DNA of 64,000 bases from Nitrososphaeria archaeon (GCA_029775925.1 JARVKB010000008.1:3394-67393), one strand, 5' to 3'; positions 45,890 to 54,805 are shown, counted from the stretch's first letter. Translations and numbers: made by a program. The notes: generated from the letters alone by a model not told the origin.

Positions 45890-46954
45890 ATGAAGGCCAA
45901 AGTTGCTATAGTTGGGGTAGGGAATTGTGCTTCAGCATTAGTGCAAGGAGTTCATTATTATAAGAATTCTAAAACAGATGAAGCTATAGGATTGGCAAAG
46001 TATGATTTAGGAGGATTAAAACCTTATGATATAGAGTTTGTGGCTGCTTTTGATATCGATGAAAATAAAGTAGGAAAAGATTTGGGAGAGGCCATATACG
46101 AATATCCAAATAATACCATAAGAATATGTGATGTCCCTAAATTAGGGGTAAAAGTTGAAAAAGGAGTAGTCATGGATGGAGTAGGAAAATATTTGAAGGA
46201 CGTAATAAAAATTTCTGATAAAGACTCTGTAGATGTAGCGTCTGTAATAAAGGACAGTGGTGCAGATATAGTTGTTAATTATGTCCCTGTAGGAAGTGTA
46301 AAGGCTACAAATTTCTATGCAGAACAAGCCATAAAAGCAGGCGCAGCTTTCATAAACGCCATGCCTGTCTTTATAGCATCAAACCTTGACTGGCAGTCAA
46401 AATTTTCTGATTATGGATTACCGGTGGCAGGGGATGATGTAATGAGTCAAATAGGAGCTACTATCCTTCACAAAACTCTCATAAAACTTTTGGTGGATAG
46501 AGGAGTTAAAGTGGATGAAACTTATCAACTTAACATTGGAGGCGACATGGACTTTCTTAATATGTTAGAAGAGGAAAGATTGGTAGATAAGAGAGAGAGC
46601 AAGACAAGCGCAGTTAAAGCCATGCTTCCTTATGATGTACCCACAAGAATTGGGCCTAGTGATTACGTTAAATTCTTAAATAATGAAAAGATATGCTATA
46701 TCTGGATAAAAGGAAGATATTTTGGTAATTCTCCTATAACTATGGATGTTAAGCTAAGTGTTATAGATGCGCCTAATAGCGCAGGAGTTATGATAGACGC
46801 CATAAGAGGTACGAAGATCGCCTTGAAGAGGAACATTAGTGGACCCTTGATAAGTCTATCTGCTTACTGCTTTAAGCACCCTCCTGTTCAAATGCCTTTC
46901 GATAAAGCGAAGATAGCTTTCATGGATTTTATAGAAGGAAAGATTGATAGGTAA
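45890..46954 (+). CDS. ino1: myo-Inositol-1-phosphate synthase (short bacterial/archaeal Ino1 type)
   Basis: N-terminal VAIVGVGNCASALVQGVHYY closely resembles actinobacterial/archaeal Ino1. 354 aa. Confidence 0.85.
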   Translation: MKAKVAIVGVGNCASALVQGVHYYKNSKTDEAIGLAKYDLGGLKPYDIEFVAAFDIDENKVGKDLGEAIYEYPNNTIRICDVPKLGVKVEKGVVMDGVGKYLKDVIKISDKDSVDVASVIKDSGADIVVNYVPVGSVKATNFYAEQAIKAGAAFINAMPVFIASNLDWQSKFSDYGLPVAGDDVMSQIGATILHKTLIKLLVDRGVKVDETYQLNIGGDMDFLNMLEEERLVDKRESKTSAVKAMLPYDVPTRIGPSDYVKFLNNEKICYIWIKGRYFGNSPITMDVKLSVIDAPNSAGVMIDAIRGTKIALKRNISGPLISLSAYCFKHPPVQMPFDKAKIAFMDFIEGKIDR

Positions 46955-46956
46955 AC

Positions 46957-46963
46957 TTTTTTT
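46957..46963 (+). terminator. Oligo-T tract (T7) immediately after ino1
   Basis: TTTTTTT begins 3 nt after the stop codon. Confidence 0.3.
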
Positions 46964-47003
46964 ATTACTTTGGTTTTTAATTAATGGGTGATAAAGGATA
47001 ACT

Positions 47004-47840
47004 GTGGAAGTACCAGCAGAAGATCTACATCAAGTATTAAAGCTTATAGAGGAGGAAGTTAACTCAGAAAAATTCTCTATCATATGGTTTGAAAGGAAGA
47101 TAAGAATAAAGGGCAAAAACATCCCTGTTGAAATTCTTGATGACATAGTAAAAGCAGCGAAGAATTTAGTGTTTCCTTTAGAGCCTGTATTGGGAAAATT
47201 CTTGGTTGTGACTGGAATAGATAAATCAGGTAAAGAAACTCAATGCTTTAATCCAAAAGGTATTAAGGGAGTATTATCAATATACGATTATCTAACAAAA
47301 TCATCTTATAAAGTAAAAAAATTCTCTTTACCATCTTATGATACTAATATTGGCGCTCTAATAGCATCGTATTTAAAGAGAGAATCAAATATTGTTATAA
47401 GAGGCGAATTACCGAAAGATTACGCTTGGATTCTATGGTCTTTAGACAGAGCTCAATATAACGATACCATAATAAATTGGTTGAAAACAGACCCAAAGAA
47501 TGTTGTTTTATCAAGAAGATGGTTGGAAAGTAATGTAGCTTATCAAAAGGTCAACGATATAGATGTAAAAAGAATACTGAATTTAGAAAAGAACATAATA
47601 AAACAGGATTATACGGTCGTAATAGACTTGCCTGCAGATGTGGCGATAAAAAGAGTCGATAAAATCGAAAGTAAAAAAGACCTTTATGAAGATGTAGCTT
47701 TCATGGAAAAAGTTAGACAAGTCTTCCTTAATTTACAAGACTATTATCCATTCGGTAAAACATTCATAATAAATGGAGATAATCCTCCTGACATCGTAAA
47801 CAAGCAAATCTTGGACTTATTGAGAGAGTTAGGTTTCTAA
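47004..47840 (+). CDS. Thymidylate-kinase-like protein with an atypical P-loop and a ~65-aa N-terminal extension
   Basis: VVTGIDKSGKETQ compared with the canonical EGxDGxGKTT. Tmk-like blocks are SLDRAQY and LSRRWLESNVAYQ. GTG start. Confidence 0.5.
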   Translation: MEVPAEDLHQVLKLIEEEVNSEKFSIIWFERKIRIKGKNIPVEILDDIVKAAKNLVFPLEPVLGKFLVVTGIDKSGKETQCFNPKGIKGVLSIYDYLTKSSYKVKKFSLPSYDTNIGALIASYLKRESNIVIRGELPKDYAWILWSLDRAQYNDTIINWLKTDPKNVVLSRRWLESNVAYQKVNDIDVKRILNLEKNIIKQDYTVVIDLPADVAIKRVDKIESKKDLYEDVAFMEKVRQVFLNLQDYYPFGKTFIINGDNPPDIVNKQILDLLRELGF

Positions 47841-47959
47841 AGACTTAAGAATTATCTTCTGCAATTCTTGTTTCCGAGTTATTAATAATATAATGATCAA
47901 AAATATTCTAATAAAAAATTAAAAATTAAATAATTTAAGCTGATACTAACATAGATGTT

Positions 47960-48274
47960 TTATGGTTGAGTTACTTTAATAGCTTGTTCTGGGCATTGAG
48001 TTTCACAAGCTAAGCAGTATATGCAATCGGATTCTCTCATAGGATCTGACTTCTTCTCAGACTTTGGATGACCAGGCGTGTTAAACCAATCAAATACCCC
48101 TACTGGACAAACATCTAAACATGTACCTTCGCCTGTACAAAGATCCCAATCTACAGCAACTACGCTTCCATGTATGCCTAACACGTTAGGTGGTTCAACT
48201 GGCCCCCAAACATCATGCCCTTCATGTTTACCTGCGTGCTTTCTATTATTTTTAAAATTTGGATCTATGGGCAT
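47960..48274 (-). CDS. zfx: Zinc-containing 7Fe ferredoxin (Sulfolobus type)
   Basis: Near-colinear with the Sulfolobus zinc ferredoxin as I recall it: IDPN...GHDVWGPVEPPNVLGIHGSVVAVDWDLC...CPVGVF..TPGHP.SEKK.DP...C..CLACE..CP. Confidence 0.85.
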   Translation of the reverse strand: MPIDPNFKNNRKHAGKHEGHDVWGPVEPPNVLGIHGSVVAVDWDLCTGEGTCLDVCPVGVFDWFNTPGHPKSEKKSDPMRESDCIYCLACETQCPEQAIKVTQP

Positions 48275-48497
48275 TTCTATCAGGTTTTTAGGTAAAATTA
48301 TCTAAATTTTAAACATTATGGTTTTTCAATCGTTTATAGCATGTGAGAGGAAGTTTGATGGGAATGCAATTATTAAATAAAAATGGAACTTACTCTCATG
48401 AAGCTATGAAAGACCTAACTAATATTGAAGATGGATTTATTTATCTTAAGAAAAACATTAGCAAAGTTTATATAACATATGTTATATAAACTTTAAT

Positions 48498-48770
48498 ATG
48501 CGGCCAAAAACTATCCGATTAATCCAAGTAATCGAGGAGAAGGGTATATTTGGTAAATGCTCTTGTGGAGATAATATTTTATACTACTCAGATTCAGGAG
48601 TAAGGTGCAGAAAATGTAGTAAGCTTTATGGCACTTGGTTTAAGAGAAAAAAATCAGCGATGAAACATTCAGAAGGAACACTCAAGAAGATAGAAGAGAG
48701 CGAAAAAAGTCTATCAAAGGAATATCTTTCTGAGATTTATAATGAAGGAGAAATCCCAGATTTACTTTAG
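48498..48770 (+). CDS. Hypothetical zinc-ribbon protein (90 aa)
   Basis: CSCGDN...CRKCSKLYG four-Cys arrangement followed by a charged C-terminal tail. Confidence 0.45.
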   Translation: MRPKTIRLIQVIEEKGIFGKCSCGDNILYYSDSGVRCRKCSKLYGTWFKRKKSAMKHSEGTLKKIEESEKSLSKEYLSEIYNEGEIPDLL

Positions 48771-48771
48771 A

Positions 48772-49470
48772 TCATTTTATTTGCAACGCTAATATTGCCT
48801 TTCTTAAAAGACCCATTAAAAGATATGATTCCCTGGGAGTTGGTTTGCCTTTTACCATCAACTTTTTCATAACTTCCTCGATCAAGGGTATTTTATGCTT
48901 TTGAAAACCACACATCTCTGCCAATTTTATAGAATATTTTATAATCCTGTCTTTATCTTCCCTTGATACTATCTCTTCATTAGATTCGGTCTTTTTCTTT
49001 AAAATCTCATATAGTATTATGGCAACAGAATGAGATATGTTTAAAGTTCTATATTCTGTTCCGGTACTTATACTAGTTACTAAATCACATTTTTTCAATT
49101 CCTTGTTACTAAGTCCTGTTGATTCACGCCCAAAAAGTAAACAAAGAGTTCCAGAGTAATCTTTTAAATTCTCAGCAAGATCTTCAGGAGTTAAAGCTTT
49201 TCTTAAAATATTTGACGACTTTTTTGCTACTATAGCAGTAGTGCCAATGACGGTATCAAAGCTTTTTATTAGCTCATCAAAGCTTATAATTTTAGCTTTT
49301 TCGAGAATATCCGATCCATGAGATGCGAACTTCTTTGCTTCGTTTAAATTTACTTTAGGGTTTATTAATAAAAGTTCTTCTAGGCCAAAATTCTTCATAA
49401 CTCTTGCGATAAGGCCAACGTTAACTTCATAAATAGGCTCCACAAGGGCTATTGAAAATTTTTTTATCAT
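48772..49470 (-). CDS. SPOUT (SpoU/TrmH family) RNA 2'-O-methyltransferase, TrmJ-like
   Basis: LVEPIYEVNVGLIARVMKNFG, LLFGRESTGLSNKEL and LNISHSVAIILYE motifs. 232 aa. Confidence 0.8.
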   Translation of the reverse strand: MIKKFSIALVEPIYEVNVGLIARVMKNFGLEELLLINPKVNLNEAKKFASHGSDILEKAKIISFDELIKSFDTVIGTTAIVAKKSSNILRKALTPEDLAENLKDYSGTLCLLFGRESTGLSNKELKKCDLVTSISTGTEYRTLNISHSVAIILYEILKKKTESNEEIVSREDKDRIIKYSIKLAEMCGFQKHKIPLIEEVMKKLMVKGKPTPRESYLLMGLLRKAILALQIK

Positions 49471-49511
49471 CTTAACCTAAAATTTTTTTATCATCACTAA
49501 TATATTTCAAC

Positions 49512-50627
49512 ATGATGGTTACAAACCTGCCAGAGAAAGCAAAGGCAAAATGGGCAGAGGCTATAGCTGCCCGAGACCCCGCCAAAAAACTTCAGTTATT
49601 GAAAGAATTTTACTCTAGTTTTCCGAAGCATAAAGGAACTGAAAAGCTGGAGATGTCTGTAAAGAGGCAGATCGCATCATTAGAGGAAGAAATAGAGAGA
49701 ATAAAGACAAGACGGAAGATTTCTTCTCGGTCAGAATGGGTGATCAAGAAAGGAGAACTTATACAACTGGCCATAATGGGAACTTTACACACGTCTATAT
49801 CTTTCTTCAATCTTCTGGCAAGATCTGACATAAAGCCTCATGAGGCACTTATGAGGCCAACACTGGGCGTGTTCGAAGGACTTGATGTTCAATTCCAATT
49901 GATAATTGCGCCTTTCGATAGAGAAATAAGTGAGGAAAAATTAGAGAGATTTATGAACCTTTCCAGAAATGCTGATGGTATATTGATAGTTTTAGATAAT
50001 GAACCATTAGATTATGTAAAAGATGTTGTAGATTGGTTTGAACTGCATAATATAGACATACGCTCAGATTATCCTAAAGTTGAGATAATATCAACGCCAA
50101 GCGGTGGAATAAGGATAGTAGGTTCATCAGACCTTTGCAGTAAGAAGGATATAGTAGACTTTTTATTTAGTTATAAGATTAGAAACGCTATAATCAAGAT
50201 AACTCGGGACTCTAAACTTGATGATGTCGAATCGGCGTTATTTGGGAGAATGTTGAAGAAGGCTATTCTTATCTCTTTAAGAAGGGATCGAGCCGATGAA
50301 TTAAAAGCTATAATTCCTGATGTAATCGTTTTTGATTCATCTACCAGCAAAGATATTTTTGCATCATATATTCTAGAAAGGCTTGGCTTGATTCGAATAT
50401 ACACAAAGGGGATAGGAGAAGAACCAGAAAAAAAGCCTTTGATAATGAAGAAAGGAGCAAAGGCTATAGACATCGCTGAAAATATTCACAAAGATTTAGC
50501 AAGGTTCTTTAAATACGCAAAAGTATGGAGAAAAGACGAACTTGATGGTGTTAGGGTTGGTAAGAGCTTTGAATTAAAGGACGGGGATGTGATAGAAATT
50601 AGAACACATCTTGAATTAGAAGAGTAA
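49512..50627 (+). CDS. DRG-like protein with a C-terminal TGS domain and degenerate GTPase motifs
   Basis: The N-terminal helical region (FPKHKGTEKL) and C-terminal TGS domain (KPLIMKKGAKAIDIAENIHKDL...GDVIEI) are colinear with archaeal DRG. The G1 position reads AIMGTLHTSIS instead of GxPxxGKS, and the G3 position reads IIAPF instead of DxPG. Confidence 0.65.
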   Translation: MMVTNLPEKAKAKWAEAIAARDPAKKLQLLKEFYSSFPKHKGTEKLEMSVKRQIASLEEEIERIKTRRKISSRSEWVIKKGELIQLAIMGTLHTSISFFNLLARSDIKPHEALMRPTLGVFEGLDVQFQLIIAPFDREISEEKLERFMNLSRNADGILIVLDNEPLDYVKDVVDWFELHNIDIRSDYPKVEIISTPSGGIRIVGSSDLCSKKDIVDFLFSYKIRNAIIKITRDSKLDDVESALFGRMLKKAILISLRRDRADELKAIIPDVIVFDSSTSKDIFASYILERLGLIRIYTKGIGEEPEKKPLIMKKGAKAIDIAENIHKDLARFFKYAKVWRKDELDGVRVGKSFELKDGDVIEIRTHLELEE

Positions 50628-50656
50628 TTCTTTTTAGGGCAGATGTGGTTTTCAAT

Positions 50657-50695
50657 CGGCGTTCTTGAGTTATCTTTCTCGCCATAAGAACGTCG
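50657..50695 (+). terminator. Hairpin (11-bp stem including two G-U pairs, 17-nt loop) in the gap after the DRG-like gene
   Basis: cggcgttcttg ... taagaacgtcg. The segment is locally GC-richer than its surroundings, and a T-rich run follows the stop at 50628-50636. Confidence 0.3.
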
Positions 50696-50772
50696 TCATC
50701 GAGCACTATCTTATAATGCTTTTAGAAAGCAAAAACTTAAGGTTCAATTAGACTTTCATTTTATTAAGAGAT

Positions 50773-51321
50773 ATGAGGCATGGTTCATACGAGCCGGCAG
50801 AAGATACTTTTCTACTTGCCGATGTTATTAGACGATATTCAAACAAAATCGCTTTAGAGATAGGAGTGGGTTCAGGCTATGTCATTGCTGAAATCTGTAA
50901 AAGAAATCCCTTTGTAGTGGGAACCGAAATCAACGAGAAAGCGTTAAAAGAAGCTCAAATAAGGCTAAAATCTCTTAATTTTGATAATTTCGAATTAGTG
51001 CTTTGTGACGGAGCAAGTGCTTTTCGTAAAAGATGCTTCGACCTTATAGTTTTCAATCCGCCTTATCTTCCTTCTGAAAGAATAGTAGATAGAAATGTTG
51101 AGGGTGGAAAAGAAGGTATTGAAGTAGCGGAGAGGTTTATAGAGCAATCCCTAAGGGTAATTTCAAAATCAGGATCTATAGTATTCATTTTGTCTACTTT
51201 GTCGAATTATGAGAAGATAATGAGAATGTTAAGGAAGATGAATTTTAAAGTGAGAAAAATAGGCAAGCGTAAATTGTTTTTTGAAGAAATTTTTGCACTA
51301 GAAGTATCAAAGATTGCATAA
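50773..51321 (+). CDS. N5-glutamine methyltransferase, HemK/Mtq2 family (release-factor methylation)
   Basis: YEPAEDTFLL N-terminus, SAM motif EIGVGSGY and the catalytic NPPY (VFNPPYLP). 182 aa. Confidence 0.7.
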   Translation: MRHGSYEPAEDTFLLADVIRRYSNKIALEIGVGSGYVIAEICKRNPFVVGTEINEKALKEAQIRLKSLNFDNFELVLCDGASAFRKRCFDLIVFNPPYLPSERIVDRNVEGGKEGIEVAERFIEQSLRVISKSGSIVFILSTLSNYEKIMRMLRKMNFKVRKIGKRKLFFEEIFALEVSKIA

Positions 51322-52059
51322 TTCTTTACCGATTCTTACCGATTCTTCTACTGTTAGTTGCTCAACTCTTTTTTGTAAAATTTCATAATCTAATCTATAC
51401 AGTATTTTTTCATAATCTTTACCCTGTTTTTTACAGATCATCTTTAAAGCTTTAAAGACCTTCTTTCCACGAAAAGAAAATAGAATTTTTATGCATTTAA
51501 TAATTGAGGCATTTATCCTATCTTTTTTTGGCTTTAGCAATATCATTAGCGATGTAACTTTAGGTCTAGGCTTGAAGGCTTCTCTATTAACTTCTATCAA
51601 AGGCTCTATGTCAAAGCTCGATCTTGCTATGACGGTCACCGCTCTATAATCATTAGAGCCTGGCTGAGAGAGCAACTTTTCTGCAAACTCTTTTTGAAAA
51701 TTTACTACTGCTATGTCAAAATCCTTCTTTATCAACCACTCTATGAATTCTTTAGATTTAGAGTATGGTATGTTCGATACTAGTTTATTGAACTTATGCC
51801 TAGATTCAAGAGCATCTCCATGAATCAAATTTAGATTTTTAAATCTGCTTAGCCTCGATTTAGCCTTCTCATAAAGTTCCTTATCTATTTCCCATGAGAT
51901 TACCGTCTTAGCTTTATTACATAAAATCTCTGTTAAATTACCAGTCCCGGCACCAAACTCAAAAACTATGTCATTTTTTGATACTTTAGCAAATTCAACC
52001 ATTTTATTGAGCAAATGATCGTCGATAAGTAAGTGTTGTCCTAAACTTCTTCTCTTCAT
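51307..52059 (-). CDS. rsmA: 16S rRNA (adenine1518/1519-N6)-dimethyltransferase KsgA/Dim1
   Basis: LGQHLLID N-terminal motif, EFGAGTGNLT SAM motif and SNIPY. 250 aa. Confidence 0.9.
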   Translation of the reverse strand: MKRRSLGQHLLIDDHLLNKMVEFAKVSKNDIVFEFGAGTGNLTEILCNKAKTVISWEIDKELYEKAKSRLSRFKNLNLIHGDALESRHKFNKLVSNIPYSKSKEFIEWLIKKDFDIAVVNFQKEFAEKLLSQPGSNDYRAVTVIARSSFDIEPLIEVNREAFKPRPKVTSLMILLKPKKDRINASIIKCIKILFSFRGKKVFKALKMICKKQGKDYEKILYRLDYEILQKRVEQLTVEESVRIGKELCNL

Positions 52060-52622
52060 TTTTTCACAAATACTGTTATCCTTGGCGCTTCAGAAATCTC
52101 TTCAACCAATCTTTTTGCTATCAGTTTAACCGGGTCTTTCAGCCCTACTCTCTTTTGAATGTCATCAAAGCTTTCAAAAGGTTTCTTTTCTCTCTCTTCA
52201 AGGATCTGCCTCATTAGAGTTTTACCTATCCCTGGTATTAATTCGAGGGCATGAAGCCTTGGAGTCACGGCTTGTAGCTCGTTAAAATAAGCCACGTATT
52301 TTTTTTCGTTATTTTTAACTATCTTCTCACAAACTATGGGCAATTCGTTCTTAGCGTTGTTTGTTAAATCCTTATACTCAAGCCTCCCTAGGACGCTTAT
52401 CACCTTTGTTCTACCTTCTCTTGCGATGCAAACCCTCTCTCCTATTTCAAATGTAACTTTGTTCATAGCCAGTATTTCTAGCAAGGTTAACCATTCTTCA
52501 CCTATTGCCTGGACTAAGGGTCCTTCCCTTTCTTTTATTACCAAAGATTTACCATGAGGAATAAAATCCAGAACATAGGCATATTCTTCATACTTTCTTG
52601 AAGGACTTAGCTTACTTGACAT
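52056..52622 (-). CDS. DUF655-type nucleic-acid-binding protein (OB fold plus HhH)
   Basis: EEYAYVLDFIPHGK N-terminus and a C-terminal helix-hairpin-helix (LELIPGIGKTLMRQIL). It holds the conserved position upstream of ksgA in archaea. Confidence 0.7.
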   Translation of the reverse strand: MSSKLSPSRKYEEYAYVLDFIPHGKSLVIKEREGPLVQAIGEEWLTLLEILAMNKVTFEIGERVCIAREGRTKVISVLGRLEYKDLTNNAKNELPIVCEKIVKNNEKKYVAYFNELQAVTPRLHALELIPGIGKTLMRQILEEREKKPFESFDDIQKRVGLKDPVKLIAKRLVEEISEAPRITVFVKK

Positions 52623-52817
52623 TTTTATCCTCTCAGAATTGATTCTTTTCTCTATCAGATGGTTTTTTACTATTTTCTGTAAAAGGGAAGATGTTTTCTA
52701 ATATTCTCTAAACGTGAACTTGTGATAAATGAATTTATTAATATAAAATTTTCTTTAAATAAGTCATTCATAAAATTCATCTTGTACATGTCTAATCATT
52801 AATAAAAGCTGATTTTA

Positions 52818-52970
52818 TTATTTATGTTTTTTTATATTTTTGGAAAAGATAAATTCATCCTTACATTTTACAGAACAGAAAACGTAGCCATGATATAGAA
52901 TAGGTTTTATTACTTTCTTGCCACAATTAAAACAACTTTTTATATATGCCTCATCAGCGACTTCTGCCAT
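52818..52970 (-). CDS. Small zinc-finger protein (50 aa, FCS/TRASH-like)
   Basis: MAEVADEAYIKSCFNCGKKVIKPILYHGYVFCSVKCKDEFIFSKNIKKHK has CxxC...FCSxxC. It is below the 60-aa track cut-off. Confidence 0.4.
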   Translation of the reverse strand: MAEVADEAYIKSCFNCGKKVIKPILYHGYVFCSVKCKDEFIFSKNIKKHK

Positions 52971-53065
52971 TTCTAATCTAATTAGAACAAGTCACTTTAT
53001 TAACTTTTAAAAAACTTAGCGCAAAACTATGATCATTTTATATGCAGAATTTAGACTGAAAGCCC

Positions 53066-54079
53066 TTGAAGGCCATGTTACTTGACAAAACTTCACCTAT
53101 AGAAAGCAAGCCCTTGAGACTTGCATTTATAGAAAATCCTACCATTGGTGAAGAAGAAATACTGGTGAGAATTAAAGCGTGCGGGGTATGTCGCTCAAAT
53201 CTACACATGATAGAAGGAGACTGGTTGGGGCGTGGTTTTCCTGCAAAGTTGCCTATTATACCAGGTCATGAGATAGTAGGAATTGTAGATTCTATTGGTA
53301 AAGAAGTAAAGGGAATAGAAGTTGGAGATAGAGTTGGCATTCAACCCTTATACCATGCTTGTGGTATGTGCGAATACTGCCTTACTGGGCGAGAGAACAT
53401 ATGTAAAAGGAAATTGATAACAGGTCAATCTGTGGATGGTGGTTATGCAGAATACATAAAAGCTCATTATCAATTCGTGTACAAAGTTCCAGATAGTTTG
53501 AGTGATGCTGAAGCAACCCCCCTTTTCTGTCCTGGCGTAACAGCATATAAAGCTGTGAAATATAGTAACCCCGCTCCAGGCAAAATAATTGCAATATTTG
53601 GGGTTGGCGGGGTTGGACAAGTAGCTTTACAGATTGCAAAACTTTGGGGTGCCAGAGTAGTTGCCGTTAGTAGAAGTAAAAATCATCTTAGAATTGCCTC
53701 TAAGCTTGGTGCTTATTCTGTAATTTCACCAGAGGAAGAAGATGTTGTGAAGTACTTTAAGAATATCAATTATGCTGATTCTTCTATAGTTTTTGCACCA
53801 TCTGATAAGGTAATAGACCAAGCAGTAAAAGTAGTAAAACCTGGAGGTACCATAGTTCTAGCAGTTTCAGGAAGTATCAAAGAGTTCTTTTTTTATGAAG
53901 AAAAAACCATTAGAGCAATAGTTATAGGAACAAGGCAGGATATGCGTGAAGTTCTTAAGTTAGCAGAGGAAGGGAGAATTAATATTATAGTAGAAAAATA
54001 CAGACTTGAAGATGCTAATGAAGTTTTGAGAAAATTAAAATATAATGAGATAGAGAGTAGGGCAGTTCTTCAACCTTAA
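53066..54079 (+). CDS. adh: Zinc-dependent alcohol dehydrogenase (MDR family)
   Basis: Catalytic zinc context CGVCRSNLH..GHEIVG, structural zinc CGMCEYCLTGRENIC, and Rossmann GVGGVG. TTG start gives the typical MKAM... N-terminus. Confidence 0.85.
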   Translation: MKAMLLDKTSPIESKPLRLAFIENPTIGEEEILVRIKACGVCRSNLHMIEGDWLGRGFPAKLPIIPGHEIVGIVDSIGKEVKGIEVGDRVGIQPLYHACGMCEYCLTGRENICKRKLITGQSVDGGYAEYIKAHYQFVYKVPDSLSDAEATPLFCPGVTAYKAVKYSNPAPGKIIAIFGVGGVGQVALQIAKLWGARVVAVSRSKNHLRIASKLGAYSVISPEEEDVVKYFKNINYADSSIVFAPSDKVIDQAVKVVKPGGTIVLAVSGSIKEFFFYEEKTIRAIVIGTRQDMREVLKLAEEGRINIIVEKYRLEDANEVLRKLKYNEIESRAVLQP

Positions 54080-54082
54080 TAT

Positions 54083-54415
54083 TTAGGCTTCAGACAATAT
54101 TTTAAGTATTTTTTTAACATCTTCTGTAGGTAATAGTTTCTTCCAGCCAGATGTAAAGAACCTTATCTCATCTAAGCTCTTAGGCATTATATTGATCAAT
54201 TCTATGGCTTCTTCATCCTTCAATGAACACTCTTTAACTAGTTTTTCTTTTAGATTCCTTGCTTTTTCAGGCTCGACTTTTGAGAACTTCAAAACATAGT
54301 CAAGAGTTCTTTTTTGAATTTGATCAGCTTTTTCTATATCGATCTTTTCTAATATTTCCTTAACTTCTGGTATTGAAATTGCAGTTTTTTTAACCTCGCG
54401 CAATCGAATCACCAA
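54083..54415 (-). CDS. rpoF: DNA-directed RNA polymerase subunit Rpo4 (RpoF)
   Basis: 110-aa helical Rpb4-like protein. It lies adjacent to rpl21e, as in the conserved archaeal cluster. Confidence 0.7.
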   Translation of the reverse strand: MVIRLREVKKTAISIPEVKEILEKIDIEKADQIQKRTLDYVLKFSKVEPEKARNLKEKLVKECSLKDEEAIELINIMPKSLDEIRFFTSGWKKLLPTEDVKKILKILSEA

Positions 54416-54458
54416 AATTTTTTTCTTTTATTATGAGGTTTATTTAACTTTTATAAAG

Positions 54459-54737
54459 TTATAAGAATGGCTTTATATGTTCGAGCCTTGCGATGATCTT
54501 TTTCACTTTATTCCCTATTGGTACTCTTATCACTAAAGACCTTTTCCTAACCTCTTCCACAGTCCCTATAAGGCCTTGATATCGTCTATGAGGCATGCCC
54601 TTAACTTGACTAGGATTTATATCTATGATAACTTTGTCTTCTACTTTATAATCATGAAGAAAAGATGTTAAACCCTTATTCTCCTTCTTGGTCAGTAGAC
54701 TTCTTGTCTTGTGCCTATAACCCTTTGACTTGGACAA
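54459..54737 (-). CDS. rpl21e: 50S ribosomal protein L21e
   Basis: SKGYRHKTRSLL N-terminus and an SH3-like core. 92 aa. Confidence 0.9.
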   Translation of the reverse strand: MSKSKGYRHKTRSLLTKKENKGLTSFLHDYKVEDKVIIDINPSQVKGMPHRRYQGLIGTVEEVRKRSLVIRVPIGNKVKKIIARLEHIKPFL

Positions 54738-54805
54738 ATTTAATGCACCTGTCTTAGTCTTTAATACATAAACATGGATTTAAGAACATTTCTAAACTTA
54801 TTTAT

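Noticed and set aside
51327-51346. 10-nt direct tandem repeat taccgattct x2.
   Set aside because: It lies inside the ksgA coding region, its length is not a multiple of three, and it translates to ordinary sequence (…EESVRIGKEL…). It is probably coincidental.
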